From NCBI GenBank assembly GCA_963733195.1, contig CAVTCR010000073.1:190840-254839 (forward strand): a DNA stretch of 64,000 nucleotides, read 5' to 3'. Positions 31,638 through 43,677 of the stretch are shown one piece after another; positions within the stretch are counted from its first letter, which is position 1; each line of letters begins with the position of its first letter. The DNA comes from an uncultured delta proteobacterium (lineage in GTDB: Bacteria > Desulfobacterota > Binatia > Bin18). A model generated the notes under the pieces. It ran no database searches and was not told where the DNA came from. It saw only the letters and a program-made list of their open reading frames with translations. Made by a program: the position numbers and the translations under genes.

Positions 31638-32999
31638 ATGAGAGTTGAAATCGCCACCAGGAAAGAGGGGGGACGAGTGCCACGATTCCGTTTTGTTGTG
31701 ATGGGAGCCGTTTGGCTGACGATGTTCTTTCTCTTTCTTGATCGGGTGAACATCTCGCTTGCTGCACCGTATCTCATGGATGGACTGAAACTCAATGGTG
31801 TGGAGATGGGTGTTGTCCTCAGTATGTATTACTGGGGATATATGGCAGGGCAGTTGGGCGGAGGTTTCGCCGCTGACCATTGGACAATCCGCATCTGGGC
31901 CTCAGTTATGTTCCTGGCGTGGTGTGTGCTCACCGTACTCACCGGAGTGTGCAACTCACTCTGGCAACTGGCGCTCGTACGTGGCCTGTTTGGCGCCTGC
32001 GAAGGTGCAGTCGCCAATCCCACGCATAAATTAGAAAATCACTGGGTGTTGCCAAATGAACGAGGGCGCGTTTATGGCATTGCAATCGGCTGTGGCTATC
32101 TGGGATTGATTCTTGGCACTCCCCTGGTGAGTTGGCTGATCGATGGCTGGGGATGGCGCGTTATGTTCTATGGTACTGGGGTACTCAGTGTCCTTGGTGC
32201 CATGTGTTTTTGGGTTCTGGTGTACGATCATCCGCGAGACCATCCCTGGATTTCGTTACAAGAACGAACGTTCCTGGAAGAGGAGCTTACCAAAGATCGG
32301 GTCACGTTCGATCCTACGCGCGGTGCTGTGCATACGCTCTCTTTTCGTGAAGCGTTTGCCTTCCTGTTGCATACTCCCGCTTATTGGGGGCTGTGTGCCG
32401 TGAGCTTCTTTGCGCTGGGAACGTTCTTTACGAACCTCAGCTGGCTCCCTGGATACCTGGTCAAAGATCGGGGCTACACGGTGATAAACAGCGGTCTCTA
32501 TCTTATCTTACCGTACATCGCTGCTCTCGTGGGTTCTCTTACTGGTGGCTATGTGGGCGACCGTTTGGGAAGCCGCGGTGCTGTGGCGCTCTGTGCCAGC
32601 ATTGTGACTGGACCGGCGATCATGGGACTGGTTGTGAGCCAAGACGTAACATCTGTTATCCTCTGGATGAGCATTGCACTATTTATGAATGCTGCGGCGG
32701 TGAATAGCCTGATCATATTGCTTTTTGACTTGCTTCCTGCAGAGGTGCTGGGCGTCTCGGTAGCGATCTTTTCAGGTGTGTGCGGTGGTTTAGGCGGAAT
32801 CGTCGGGCCACTGATCATGGGGTATGCCTATGATCGCACCGGCACGTTTTGGTGGGGGTTTGCTAGCTTGGCAGCAGGAGCGGTAGCCGCAACACTAATT
32901 CTTCTGCCGATTACGATGTATGAAAAACGTGTGAAGCGCGAGAAACGAGAGAAGGCTGCGCAGTTTGTGATTGGTGTTCGTGAGGCGGCTGAGGCGTAA
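31638..32999 (+). CDS. MFS transporter (anion:cation symporter-like)
   Basis: LDRVNISLA, W....ERGR, D.P.DHPWIS..E; about 12 TM segments. Confidence 0.9.
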   Translation: MRVEIATRKEGGRVPRFRFVVMGAVWLTMFFLFLDRVNISLAAPYLMDGLKLNGVEMGVVLSMYYWGYMAGQLGGGFAADHWTIRIWASVMFLAWCVLTVLTGVCNSLWQLALVRGLFGACEGAVANPTHKLENHWVLPNERGRVYGIAIGCGYLGLILGTPLVSWLIDGWGWRVMFYGTGVLSVLGAMCFWVLVYDHPRDHPWISLQERTFLEEELTKDRVTFDPTRGAVHTLSFREAFAFLLHTPAYWGLCAVSFFALGTFFTNLSWLPGYLVKDRGYTVINSGLYLILPYIAALVGSLTGGYVGDRLGSRGAVALCASIVTGPAIMGLVVSQDVTSVILWMSIALFMNAAAVNSLIILLFDLLPAEVLGVSVAIFSGVCGGLGGIVGPLIMGYAYDRTGTFWWGFASLAAGAVAATLILLPITMYEKRVKREKREKAAQFVIGVREAAEA

Positions 33000-33022
33000 T
33001 AGCAGAGAATAAGGAGTATGCT

Positions 33023-34013
33023 ATGGCGAAGAAAGTCAGTTTTGGCTTGACGCTACCGAATCGGGGCGTTGTCCTCGGGATCACGACTGTTAAAGAAATG
33101 CTGGAGTTGAGTGTCGAGGCGGAAAAGTCCGGCGTGTTTGACTCCATCTGGGCGGGCGACAGTATTGCCGCCAAACCGCGACTCGAAGCAATCACGCTGC
33201 TTTCTGCCGTCGCTGCGCGCACTGAACGGGTCAAACTCGGGCCTGCTTGCTTTGCCAGTTTCCCGCTACGTCATCCGATTCTTCTTGCCTATCAATGGGC
33301 AAGTTTCGATGTTGTCTGCGAAGGACGCTCGATCATGGTTGCCTGTCAAGGCGGACGCGGACAAGGCGCGGGTGATTCGGAAATGGAATGGGAGGCGATG
33401 GGACTCGATCTCTCTGAGCGTGCACATCGCATGGAAGAGGGGATCGACATCTTACGAAAGCTCTGGGCCGGTAAGAATGTCAGTCATCAGGGGCGCTTCT
33501 ATAAATTCACCAATCTGACGATCGAACCGCAACCAGTGCAGAAGCCGTGTCCGATCTGGATTGCCAATAACCCGCATATTTTTGGTGCCTCAGAAAAACT
33601 GCTCAATCATATTGCCCGTCGCGTCGCGCGTATGGCGGATGGTTGGCAGACGACCTTCACCACTCCAGAGGCATTCAAACTTGGTTGGCAACGCATCGAG
33701 CAGCAAGCCAAAGAAATCGGCAAAGATGTGAGCAAAATGCCGCGTTGTCTTGTATTACAACTGCCATATCAACGAAGACCGCAAAGCCGCGTTCCGTGAG
33801 TCAAAGGAATTTCTTGATGCCTATTACACGACTGACTTCAGCGAACAGCAGCTCAATGTATGGGTGGCGATGGGGAGTCCGCAGGAATGTATCGAGACGA
33901 TCCAATCACATGTGAATGCCGGTGCCGACATCATTTGCGTTCGTTTTCCGGCACGGAACCAGACGCAGCAGCTCAATCGATTTATCAGCGAAGTGGCCCC
34001 CGCATTTCAGTAG
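33023..34013 (+). CDS. LLM-class flavin-dependent oxidoreductase, frameshift near 33750
   Basis: FGLTLPNRG, W.GDS..AKPRLE, P.PVQKPCPIWIA; the C-terminus (GSPQEC..RFISEVAP) is in ORF 33750-34013. Confidence 0.85.
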
Positions 34014-34103
34014 GAAGTGACTTGACTAGGAACGAATAGCAGGCATAGAGTCAGTTTCGTCTTTACTAATTTCCTTAAGAATTGATCAAAGGAGGTACAG
34101 CAT

Positions 34104-34502
34104 ATGGGTGCAGCAGAAAACAAAAAACTGATTCAAGAGATGTTCGCCGAGCTGTCGAAAGGGAACTCGCAGGGGTTTCTCAACAATCTGGCTGACGATG
34201 TCCAGTTCACGATTATGGGCACGACGAAGTATTCGGTTACGTGCAATGGCAAGCAAGAACTGCTCAGTAAAGTCTTGGGGCCGTTGTCTGCGCAGCTCGA
34301 AGGTGGTTTGACCATCACTCCCGACAATTTCATCGCTGAAGGTGACTTTGTGGCAATGCAAGCACGTGGCAAATCAACTACGAAGACCGGTAAGCCGTAT
34401 AACAACACCTATTGCCAAATCTTCCGCATCGTCAACGGCAAGGTACAGCAAGTGACAGAGTATTTGGATACCGAGTTAGTGACGGCGGCGTTTGGGAAGT
34501 AG
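34104..34502 (+). CDS. SnoaL/NTF2-like protein
   Basis: IAEGDFV, GKPYNNTY, VTEYLDT; AGGAGG SD. Confidence 0.9.
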   Translation: MGAAENKKLIQEMFAELSKGNSQGFLNNLADDVQFTIMGTTKYSVTCNGKQELLSKVLGPLSAQLEGGLTITPDNFIAEGDFVAMQARGKSTTKTGKPYNNTYCQIFRIVNGKVQQVTEYLDTELVTAAFGK

Positions 34503-34512
34503 GACCTTAGCC

Positions 34513-34742
34513 CCTGGATGCCAGCTTCCGCTGGAATGTTCATGAACCTGCGGTCCGTCCTTGTCCATGAAAATGCTAGCGGGTGCCACTGCTGGCTCGT
34601 CCAGCAGTGCATTCCTTTTTCGGGGGAATGACGACAACGGCGAGCCCGTCATTCCGGGCGAGCAACGCGAGACCCGGAATCCAGGAGGCATAATCGCGGG
34701 TTCGCACTTACTTCCCCTGGATGCCACTTTCGCTGGCATGAC
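34513..34742. repeat. Cluster of REP-like palindromes (GTCATTCC..GGAATCCAG family plus one GGTGCCACTG unit)
   Basis: CCCCTGGATGCCA.CTT.CGCTGG twice, GTCATTCCGGGCGAGCAACGCGAGACCCGGAATCCAG; related units at ~16615-16712 and ~39450-39500. Confidence 0.7.
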
Positions 34743-34945
34743 GGACGGGAGCGTTTCCGTGGTTGTTGCTCACATGCTGAGTGCGTAGCACTCTGGGCTC
34801 CTCGCAATAACCGCCTTCAATCCGCATTCTACAATCGCCAATCCGTAATCCTCAATCTCGAATCCGCGAACTCTTTCCCGTTGGCATTTACAGACCATTT
34901 CGCTGACGTACAATAGCGCCTGCATTTTTAGCAAGAGAGGCAGTT

Positions 34946-35404
34946 ATGACTCCAGACCGGAAGACACTTATTGGTCGCGTATTTCCAGATGTGAAGTACC
35001 ACATTAGCGAACAAGATATCAAAGATTATCTTCCGGTTGCTGAGGAAACTCACCCGTCGTTCTTGAACGATGCTGGTGCCCGCACAACTGGTTATGAACG
35101 TCGCGTGATTCCGCCATCGTTTGCGCCGTACATTTCAATTATCGGTCTGCTGCGTGCCTTTGATTGGAAAGACGATTTTTACCTCGACTACAAGACCGGT
35201 ACCGCCATGTTTGGTGAGCAAGAGCTGGAATATCTGCGCCCGCTGTACGTTGGCGAGACGCTGACGATTCATAGCTCAGTCTCTGATGTGTACGAGAAGA
35301 CCGGGAAACGAGCGTTCGATGTTGCACAAGTGGCGTTTACCGTGACAGATGAGCGTGGCGGGCTCGCACTGCGTGGCGCGCAGTCGTACATTCTCTTCAA
35401 GTGA
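34946..35404 (+). CDS. MaoC-like dehydratase, N-terminal-type subunit
   Basis: PPSF, FGEQELEY.RPL.VGE, DVYEK.GK. Confidence 0.85.
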   Translation: MTPDRKTLIGRVFPDVKYHISEQDIKDYLPVAEETHPSFLNDAGARTTGYERRVIPPSFAPYISIIGLLRAFDWKDDFYLDYKTGTAMFGEQELEYLRPLYVGETLTIHSSVSDVYEKTGKRAFDVAQVAFTVTDERGGLALRGAQSYILFK

Positions 35405-35434
35405 GCAAGACAGACAGAGATAGAGGGAAGATTC

Positions 35435-35875
35435 ATGGATACGCGGACAAAAATGTATTTTGATGAGATTCAGGAAGGGATGGCTATTCCAAGTGCCACC
35501 TACGGCCCGATGGATCGCTACAAACACATTCCCATTGCCATCATTCTGCGTGATACGAATCCTCTCCATCTCGATCGTGTATATGCCCAGGAGCGCGGTA
35601 TGCCTGATGTGGTTCAGCAAGGACCATTGAATGAAACGTTCCTGTATCGCTTTCTCACAGATTGGTTGCATCGTCCGTGGGATCTACGCAAAACCAAGCT
35701 ACGCTTTGCAGCGAATGTTTTTCCCGATGATCTGCTGACATGTGGTGGAACGGTGACACGGAAGTATCACGAGAACGGCGAGCCTCGGGTTGACTGTCAA
35801 ATCTGGCAGCAGAACCAGAAAGGCGAAAAGATTTTGATGGGTGAGGCGACGTTTACGCTCCCAGAACGCAAGTAA
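35435..35875 (+). CDS. MaoC-family dehydratase
   Basis: DTNPLHLD..YA..RG.PDV..QG, VFPDD.LTC.G.V. Confidence 0.88.
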   Translation: MDTRTKMYFDEIQEGMAIPSATYGPMDRYKHIPIAIILRDTNPLHLDRVYAQERGMPDVVQQGPLNETFLYRFLTDWLHRPWDLRKTKLRFAANVFPDDLLTCGGTVTRKYHENGEPRVDCQIWQQNQKGEKILMGEATFTLPERK

Positions 35876-35976
35876 AAGAAGGGTAAAAGGGGGAATGGGA
35901 AAAAGAGTCTAGGAGTCTGAGAGTCTAGGAGCCGAAAAAAGGCATTCTTCATTTCCCCGTTTCTCGATTTATCCTT

Positions 35977-36558
35977 ATGCAACCAGAAAAGATCCATCTT
36001 CGCTCGTTGCTATTAAAAAAGCGTCGCCAGCTTTCCGCACAGGAAGTGAGTGACAAAAGCCAACGTGTTTTCATGCATCTCCGTGCATTTCCTCCTTTTC
36101 TTCTTGCACAGACGGTTGTTCTCTACAGCGCTGAAACTGACGAAGTGCAGACTGAGGCTATTTGGCAGGAGGCGGTGAGCCAAGGCAAAGCGGTGTACTA
36201 TCCCCGTATCATCGCGGATCGCTCTAACTTGGAATTTGTTCGACGGCATTCTGACGCTCCCCTCATTCCAGGGATGTTCAACATTCCGATTCCGCCAGGC
36301 AATGACTTACTCTCTGAATTACAAACAACCGATGTGGTACTGACTCCTGGAGTAGGGTTTGACAGGAAAGGTGGGCGTTTAGGTCGAGGAAAAGGTTACT
36401 ATGATCGGGCATTTCGCGGGGTTTTAGCCCCGGCTCGTCGAGTCGTGTTGGCTTATGAGTTTCAAATTCTACCAACGATTCCTACTAATCCGACAGACGA
36501 ACGTGTGCACTACATTATTACCGAGACAGGGGTACACGACTGTTTCGTTTCTTCCTAA
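35977..36558 (+). CDS. 5-formyltetrahydrofolate cyclo-ligase
   Basis: PGVGFD..G.RLGRGKGYYDR, IITE. Confidence 0.95.
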   Translation: MQPEKIHLRSLLLKKRRQLSAQEVSDKSQRVFMHLRAFPPFLLAQTVVLYSAETDEVQTEAIWQEAVSQGKAVYYPRIIADRSNLEFVRRHSDAPLIPGMFNIPIPPGNDLLSELQTTDVVLTPGVGFDRKGGRLGRGKGYYDRAFRGVLAPARRVVLAYEFQILPTIPTNPTDERVHYIITETGVHDCFVSS

Positions 36559-37659
36559 AGTTGAAGACCTTCAAGATTCTCTTTTTTCTCTGAAAGCCTC
36601 TAAAAAGTGCGATGTGAAATCCTGTCGTTAGGGAGAGAAGACAGGTAGGAGAATGAAATCTCCTGTTTTCCCCCTGGCAGGGAGTAGAAAACGGTAAGGA
36701 ATTATGAGAAAGGAACTTCGGGCAGGCAGGGCTGATGGTAACGGTTCGATCGTCTCAATCCTATAATGTCGACGAATAGTGCGTCGTCAGCCTCTTAATT
36801 AAGGTGGTTCTGTAACGTCTTGCTGAGGGGGGAGCAAAAAGTGGGAGATCTTATAATCCAACCAACTGAATCTGACTTCTGTGTTTTTCAGATTAACCCT
36901 GCCGCACCGAGTTGTGATCTGATCCTCCCAGCAGAGCTTTGGACGTTGCCATATTCACATCCTAGAACAGGATGACGCCCGCCACTTTCCCTTCTAGAAG
37001 GTTTTTCCACCGCTGGTACGGTCAAGATTCTGTCTCCATGAGAAAACAGATAGTTAGATGCTGTATGAGAGCAGCAAAGGGGCGAGGGTCATGCCGAAGT
37101 ATAGGGGCGGGGTTGGCAAGCGAACGAAAAAGTCTGCAAAAAAACTGGTTGCGGTTGCTGAGATTTTGGGAGAGGTTGTGCCGCGCTTCTCTGTCCAATT
37201 GGTGCGCGAAAAGCCGCCGACAATTTCTGTAGAAAAGTTAAGGTCTCTTCGCCACTTTCGACCTTCCTATATAAAAACGTTGCTTTCCAAGTTGTTGCTC
37301 GTCGGTGAAGGAAGATCGCGATTATCCTTTACTACGCCTGGCGAGGAGCGCCTCTCGCGGTGACGATCTGTCGACAGAAGGGGATGTGATGCGCTAGTGG
37401 GATTCCTTCACGAAAGAACATTTGATAACTGCTCAGTCTCATACTAAGACTAAACAGTATGAACTCGAACACTATCATATGAGTGAGTGAGAGGAGCTAA
37501 GCGCGATGGACATCCCAGAGAGAGCCGACCGGTCGCAATCTAATGCTCATCGGCGGATACCTTCTTGGCGATGGGAGAGCATAGCCATATCCACTGGGTG
37601 TGACGTGCCAATTCATTCTTACGAGAAGAATCGTTGAATTTCGTCTGGTAACGGCCAGG

Positions 37660-39280
37660 ATGGCCGTCTACTTAGAAAAATTTTCATCACTGTTGTTGTT
37701 TTCGTCTCACTGCTCCTCCCGGTGCAATCTTGGAGTATCATCGCGTTGCGACCGGATCTCGAACTTGAGGGGTTTGTTCAAGCGCAGAACATCCTCCGTA
37801 CTCCGAAATTCCAGGGTGCGAAATTTATTTTGCAACGCAACACTGCGCAGATCGAAGCCAAATATCACTTCCTCCAAGAAGGCCGAGCATTCGGATGGCT
37901 TTCAACCGGACCATGGGAAGATGCGTCACTGACAGTGATTGGTCGCGGCGTGTATGACTCGATCTACGACATTGGTGACGCGTTCAGCGAGAAGTTTACC
38001 CATCAGGAAAAAGAGAAACGCAAGTTTGAGTACAAACTGCGTGAGATCTACCTCGATACCGCAATTCCGCCTTTTGCGTTCCGGATTGGTCGTCAACAAG
38101 TTGTATGGGGTGAAACTGATAACTTCCGTGCGCTTGATGTTATCAATCCATTAGATTTACGCTGGCACTGGAGTCGCGAATCGTGGGAGGATATTCGCAT
38201 CCCGTTGTGGATGGTGCGGGCGATTTACGACATCGGCAAAATCGGTCCTTAGAAGAATCGTTCGCTGAGGCGGTGTGGATTCCCTGGGATTTTCAGCGCA
38301 CTAAGGTGACCAGTGATCCGCGCCGTCCGTGGGCGTTCATTGGTGGTGGTTTGCGCGCGAGTGCAAACTCGGCGGTGATTAATGGCGAACTGTACGATGT
38401 TCAGACGACCGTGCTCGATCGTAAGCCAGACCGCGCGATCGAGAGTAGCCAGGGAGGAATGCGCTTCAAAGGAATCTGGCGCGGAATCGACTTCAGCCTG
38501 AATTACTTCTTCACCTTTGCGGATACTGGGGTAAAAGTTCGGCGTGATAACGGGCAGTTCCGCATTGTTGATGGACCGACTCCCTCTGGAGCAGATGGGA
38601 CGGTCTTTTCTACCATTAATCTGGTCAACACGCGCTCGCATGTGGCCGGCTTTGCGGCAAACTACTCCGAGGAAAAATACACGCAGTCAGTATTTCGTGT
38701 AGAGGCCGCGCTTTCTTCTGGCGTACCAGTGCGGTTACGAGCGGGAACGCCGCGACGGCTTGATGATGACAACGATAGTTTTGATAGTGCGAATCGTACG
38801 GTCATCATGCTCGCATTTGACCGACCGACGTGGATTCGACCACTGAATAAGATCCGCACGTTCTTTTTATCTGGCCAGTTCTTCTGGCGCCATTATCCCG
38901 ATTACAATCGTTTCTTTCGCGGGGCACCGTCAGTGCGGCACGCCATAATCAATGATCGTGTCATCCCTGACCGCTATATTAGTGTGAACACGGACCGAAT
39001 TAAGCAAAACGAGGTGGTTATGACCTTCTCCGCCTCAACGAGTTATGGACCAGGTGGCTTATGGCAACCACTCTTTGTGATAGCGTATGATCCTGGAGCT
39101 ACGGCTGGTTATAATCGGCTGGCGATGGAGTATCTCTTTTCTAACCATCTTATTTTACGGCTACAGCAAGATTTCTATTGGGGCAAATCATACGAAGGGC
39201 CGTGGTCAATCGGCGACCGCTTTGGCCGCTCGCGTGACAGTCGCCATGAGACGATTTTTAGTGTGATATTTCAATTTTGA
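37660..39280 (+). CDS. DUF1302-family outer-membrane protein with frameshifts near 37700 and 38250
   Basis: LREIYLD, RIGRQQVVWGETD.FRALD.INPLD, EDIRIPLW, C-terminal FQF. Confidence 0.8.
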
Positions 39281-39718
39281 GTAAAACAGGCTGAAGAGAT
39301 AGTTTCTTTTCCTTATATAGTGAACCTAAATGAGATGTCCCGTGCAGTTTTCCCCGCGCCCTTCGACTTCGCTCCGCTACGCTCAGGACGAGCGGTTTCC
39401 GACCCCTCGTGCTGAGTCCCGAGGGGGGGTAAGCGTGGAGGCAGAAGCCCCCTGGATTGTCTCGCGTCGCCCGGAATGACGGGCTTGTCGTCTTCGTATT
39501 CCAGCGAAATGGATCAATATGGACATTGTGTTTCCGAGACGTAACCCGAAGGTGAAGTCGAAGTATGACGCGCTCGCCACAAATGATTAGGATACCTATA
39601 GCCTACAGCCTAAAGCCTTGACTCTAGACTCCGTCTTAGTCCTATGGCACAGTCAATAAAAGGCTGAACGAACGTTCAATTTGCTAACAACTTAACAAGG
39701 TTTTGTAAGGAGGGCTAT

Positions 39719-41431
39719 ATGCCTACGTTCGATACAATTATTAAAGGCGGAACGATCGTTGATGGAACGCGGAGTCCGCGTTACCTCGGCGATGTTGGTA
39801 TCAAAGATGGGAAAATTGCCGAAATGGGCAAGCTCAAAGCTAGCGATGCCAAGAAGACGCTGGACGCGCACGGACTGTATGTCGTGCCGGGCTTCGTCGA
39901 TCTCCATACCCATTATGACGCCCAGATCAACTGGGACCCCTACTGTACAATCGGGAGCTGGCATGGAGTGACCTCGCTCGTGCTTGGTAACTGCGGGTTT
40001 GGTTTTGCGCCGTGCAAACCGGAGCTGCGTGACCGTGCCATGTTGACCATGTCGCGTGTCGAAGCGATTCCTTTCGAGTCGATGAAAGCGGGGATGAAGT
40101 GGGATTGGGTTACGTTCCCTGATTGGCTCAACTTCCTTGATCGCACCCCCAAAGGCGTCAACGTCCTAAGCTACGTGCCGCTGGCGCCGATCATGATTTG
40201 GGTGATGGGGCTGGAAGCTGCCAAAAGTCGTCCTGCTACCGAGAAAGAAAAACAGGAGATGTGCCGCATCCTCAATGAAGCGATGGATAATGGTGGCTGT
40301 GGCTTCTCGGCCCAGCGCCTCGGCAATGGATTCATCTCGGTACAGCGTGACTACGACGGCACGCCGATGGTCACAGATACGATGGCCGACGAGGATATGT
40401 TGGCGTTCGCCGAAGTTTTGGCCAAGCGCAAAGAAGGGTTTATTCAGCTCACCCAGGCCAGTGAGAACTTTGAGAAAGACATGCGCTTTTATGATCGGCT
40501 GGCCGAGGTATCGGGCCGACCGATTCTGTTCAATGCGACAGCCGTGCGCGACGACCGACCGAGTCTGCACCGGCGTACGATGCGCTGGATCGAAAAAACC
40601 AATAAGGAAGGGCGGCATATCTACAATCAGTGTGGAACCCTCCGCCAGGGATTCATCCTCACGTATGAAGATTGGAACCTGTTTGACGGCAGCGACGTGT
40701 GGCGCGAGGTGACGATGGGCACGCCGACCGAGCGGCTGCAGAAGTTCAAGAATCCTGCCCTCCGTCAGGCGCTGCGCGCGGAGTACGATGCTGGTCATAC
40801 CCCGATCGTGACCGGGTCAATCAAGGACTTCACTATTGAGTCTGTGCATAACTCGAAGTTCGAGAAATATGTCGGCTTGACGGTCGAGAAGATCGCCGAG
40901 ATGGAGAACAAACATCCAATCGATGCGATGATCGATTTGGCAATCGCGGATGACATGAAGACGGAATTTATCACTCCAGCCCGTAACCAGCGCGAGGATT
41001 ACGCCACGGAACTGATGTCCTCTGAGTACAGCATCCCCGGCGTATCAGACGGTGGCGCGCACACGAAGTTCACCACGCTTGGCACCTATCCGACCGACCT
41101 GCTGACCTGGATGGTACGTGACGCTGGCTTCATGAGTCTGGAAGAGGCGCACTATCGGCTGAGTGCGTTGCCGGCCAAGTGCGCGGGCTTTCAAGACCGC
41201 GGTGTGTTACGCGAAGGCGCGCCGGCAGATGTGCTGGTCTACGATCTGGAGAACCTGAAAGTAACGCCGGAAAAAATGGCAGTTGTCCATGACTTCCCGG
41301 CTGGCGAATGGCGCCGCGTGCAATACGCTGAAGGCTATCGCTGGATTATGGTGAACGGTGACGTGACCTTTGAAGATGGCAAATGCACCAACGCCACTCC
41401 TGGCAAACTCCTCCGCCACGGGCGCGGGTAG
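39719..41431 (+). CDS. N-acyl-D-amino-acid deacylase-like amidohydrolase
   Basis: PGFVDLHTHYDAQ, GNCGFGFAP, SDGGAH. Confidence 0.93.
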   Translation: MPTFDTIIKGGTIVDGTRSPRYLGDVGIKDGKIAEMGKLKASDAKKTLDAHGLYVVPGFVDLHTHYDAQINWDPYCTIGSWHGVTSLVLGNCGFGFAPCKPELRDRAMLTMSRVEAIPFESMKAGMKWDWVTFPDWLNFLDRTPKGVNVLSYVPLAPIMIWVMGLEAAKSRPATEKEKQEMCRILNEAMDNGGCGFSAQRLGNGFISVQRDYDGTPMVTDTMADEDMLAFAEVLAKRKEGFIQLTQASENFEKDMRFYDRLAEVSGRPILFNATAVRDDRPSLHRRTMRWIEKTNKEGRHIYNQCGTLRQGFILTYEDWNLFDGSDVWREVTMGTPTERLQKFKNPALRQALRAEYDAGHTPIVTGSIKDFTIESVHNSKFEKYVGLTVEKIAEMENKHPIDAMIDLAIADDMKTEFITPARNQREDYATELMSSEYSIPGVSDGGAHTKFTTLGTYPTDLLTWMVRDAGFMSLEEAHYRLSALPAKCAGFQDRGVLREGAPADVLVYDLENLKVTPEKMAVVHDFPAGEWRRVQYAEGYRWIMVNGDVTFEDGKCTNATPGKLLRHGRG

Positions 41432-41492
41432 AGATCACTGATTGTCATATTCCCTCTTCCACCGGGAGAGGGAAGGGTGAGGGTATTCCGAG

Positions 41493-41522
41493 CGGGGCTT
41501 GAGCAATCAAGCCCCGTTTTTT
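41493..41522 (+). terminator. Intrinsic terminator
   Basis: CGGGGCTTGA-GCAA-TCAAGCCCCG followed by T6. Confidence 0.9.
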
Positions 41523-41767
41523 ATGGGAAGACTTCTTGCTCTTCTGCATCAGCCGAAGAGAATTCCCACTCAGGAAGGACTGCTTCGTGAAGTTTGTCGT
41601 TCAACTTCACCTGGTAGGCTAAAGTCTTGCCTTCGTGTTTAATGTCGATTTCACACTCAACAGTGAATTCTCCCTTTATCACACTTAATACTTTTCCGTG
41701 TCACAGACTGTAATCTTATTCCTAAAAAGAGCTACATCTTCTGTCTTCTGCATGCTTTGTGGTGCAC

Positions 41768-43670
41768 TCACTTCAGCCCCGCCTTGCGCAGGGCGGCAGC
41801 CCAACGCTCTATGACCGCTGGGTCTTTCTGGGGAACCATCCGCTTCCACTTCTCCACAGAGAAGTGCGGCATGATCCGCAGCATTTCTGCCCCCGCAGCC
41901 CGCGCTTCCTCCTCTCGCCCTAACTCACTATAGCTCACGGCCAATCCCCAATAGGCAAACCAGAGATTGGGATTGTAGGTAAGAACTTGCTTGAGCATCG
42001 GAATCGCCTCTTCATACTGCCCGGCATGTAACGTAGGCTTGGCCTAAGAGTGTTGAGGCATTGAACCTGACGAGGGTCAAGCCGCACTGCCTTCTTTGCC
42101 GCCTCCATGGCTTCCTCAGTTCGTCCCACAGACATCAACACATAGCTAGATTACCATAGCCAGTGGCCGAGTTGGGATCGAGAGCGAGGGCGCGCTCTAT
42201 CTCAGCGGTGGCCTGCGCATACTGCTTTTGCCACAGCTTGAGAAAGCCCAATGCTGCATGGGCTCTCGGCAGCGACTCGTCCAGGACTATGGCCTGCTGG
42301 AGCATCTCCTCAGCGCGCGCGAGAGTTCTGAGGGGTCGGCATTCCATTGCGAGAACCACTCTATCCAGTACGTAGAGCCTAGCCCGGCGTATGCTCCGGC
42401 ATACTGCGGGTCCAGCTCAAGAGCTTTCTCAAACATCTGCCGTGCCTGGATATTCGTCTCTTTGGTCGTGCGCCAGGAGAGCTGCCACCCGCGCAGGTAA
42501 TAATCGTAGGCTTCCAGGTTGTTCGTGGGGGCAGTCTTAAACCGTGCTTGCTCTTCCGGCGTGAGCTTCACCTTCAGCGCGAACACGATCTGCTGGCGGA
42601 TTTCGTCTTGCACGGCGAAAATATCTTGTAGCGGGCGGTCATAGCGCTCGCTCCACAGATGCTGCCCCTGAGTCGCATCAATCAACTGCGCCGTGATCCG
42701 GACTTGGTTGTCACTCCTCCGGACACTGCCTTCCAAGACGTATCGCACTCCCAACTCCCGGCTGACGTCCTGGACCTTCACGGCCTTGCCCTTATAGGTA
42801 AACGCCGAGTTGCGCGCGATGACAAAGAGACTGGCAATCTTGGAGAGGTCGGTCGTGATGTCTTCGGTGATGCCATCGCTGAAGTAGTCTTGCGAGGGAT
42901 CATTGCTCATGTTGTCAAAGGGCAAGACGACAATGGAGGGTTTGTCGGGTAGGGCAGGGAAGGAAGGCCGGGCGGAGCAGGAAAAATACGCTGTGATAGT
43001 ATGGCTCACTGCACTCACCAGTGCCAGCAACCCCACCACTGCTGCTACTCGATGGGCAGTCCCCACCCGACGAGAAAGCTTTAGGCGTTGGACTCGCAAC
43101 GTCTCACGTAACCCTTTTGGCGGCGCGGAGAGCAACGCATAGACTGGCGAACCGCTCGGCAATGTTCTTGAGCTTGGGCTTCCCCAGCGATACCACCGTG
43201 CCCAAGTCCATTTCTTGGCCACATCGCGATAGACTACGTCCGAGATGCAAATCGTGTCCGGCTCGGCGAGAGTTTGTAGTCGTGACGCGATGTTCACGCC
43301 ATCGCCAAACACGTCACTGTCACGCTGCACAATGTCGCCCAGATGAATGCCAATGCGGACGTGAATCTGTTCGGCTTTTTCTTTCCCGTCGTTATGAGTC
43401 CGGAACTGACGCTGAATCTGCTGGGCGCACTGGACAGCATGAACGACCGAGGGAAAATCCACCAGGAAGGCATCACCGACGGTTTTGATGACCGTCGCCG
43501 TGATGCTCGGTCACTGCCTGCTGGATGAGCTGATTATGGATGTCCAGCAGCCGCAGCATGCGGGCTTCGTCGCTGCCCATCTGGCGGCTGAAGCCGACGA
43601 TGTCGGTGAACATGATCGCGGCCAGCCGTCGCGTCTCTGCGGGCCTCGTGCTAGCGCTGTCCTCTGCCAT
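41768..43670 (-). CDS. Adenylate/guanylate cyclase with TolB-like and TPR domains, multiply frameshifted
   Basis: RRLAAIMFTDIVGFS, RIGIHLGD..DVFGDGVNIASRL, PDKPSIVVLPF.N.S.D..QDYFSDG.TED, TPR helices, LRKAGLK end. Confidence 0.85.
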
Positions 43671-43677
43671 GGCAGCG

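Noticed and set aside
41521-41700. AT-rich ~55-codon minus-strand frame (IKGEFTVECEIDIKHEGK...)
   Set aside because: No clear start or SD and no recognisable family; possibly a gene remnant.
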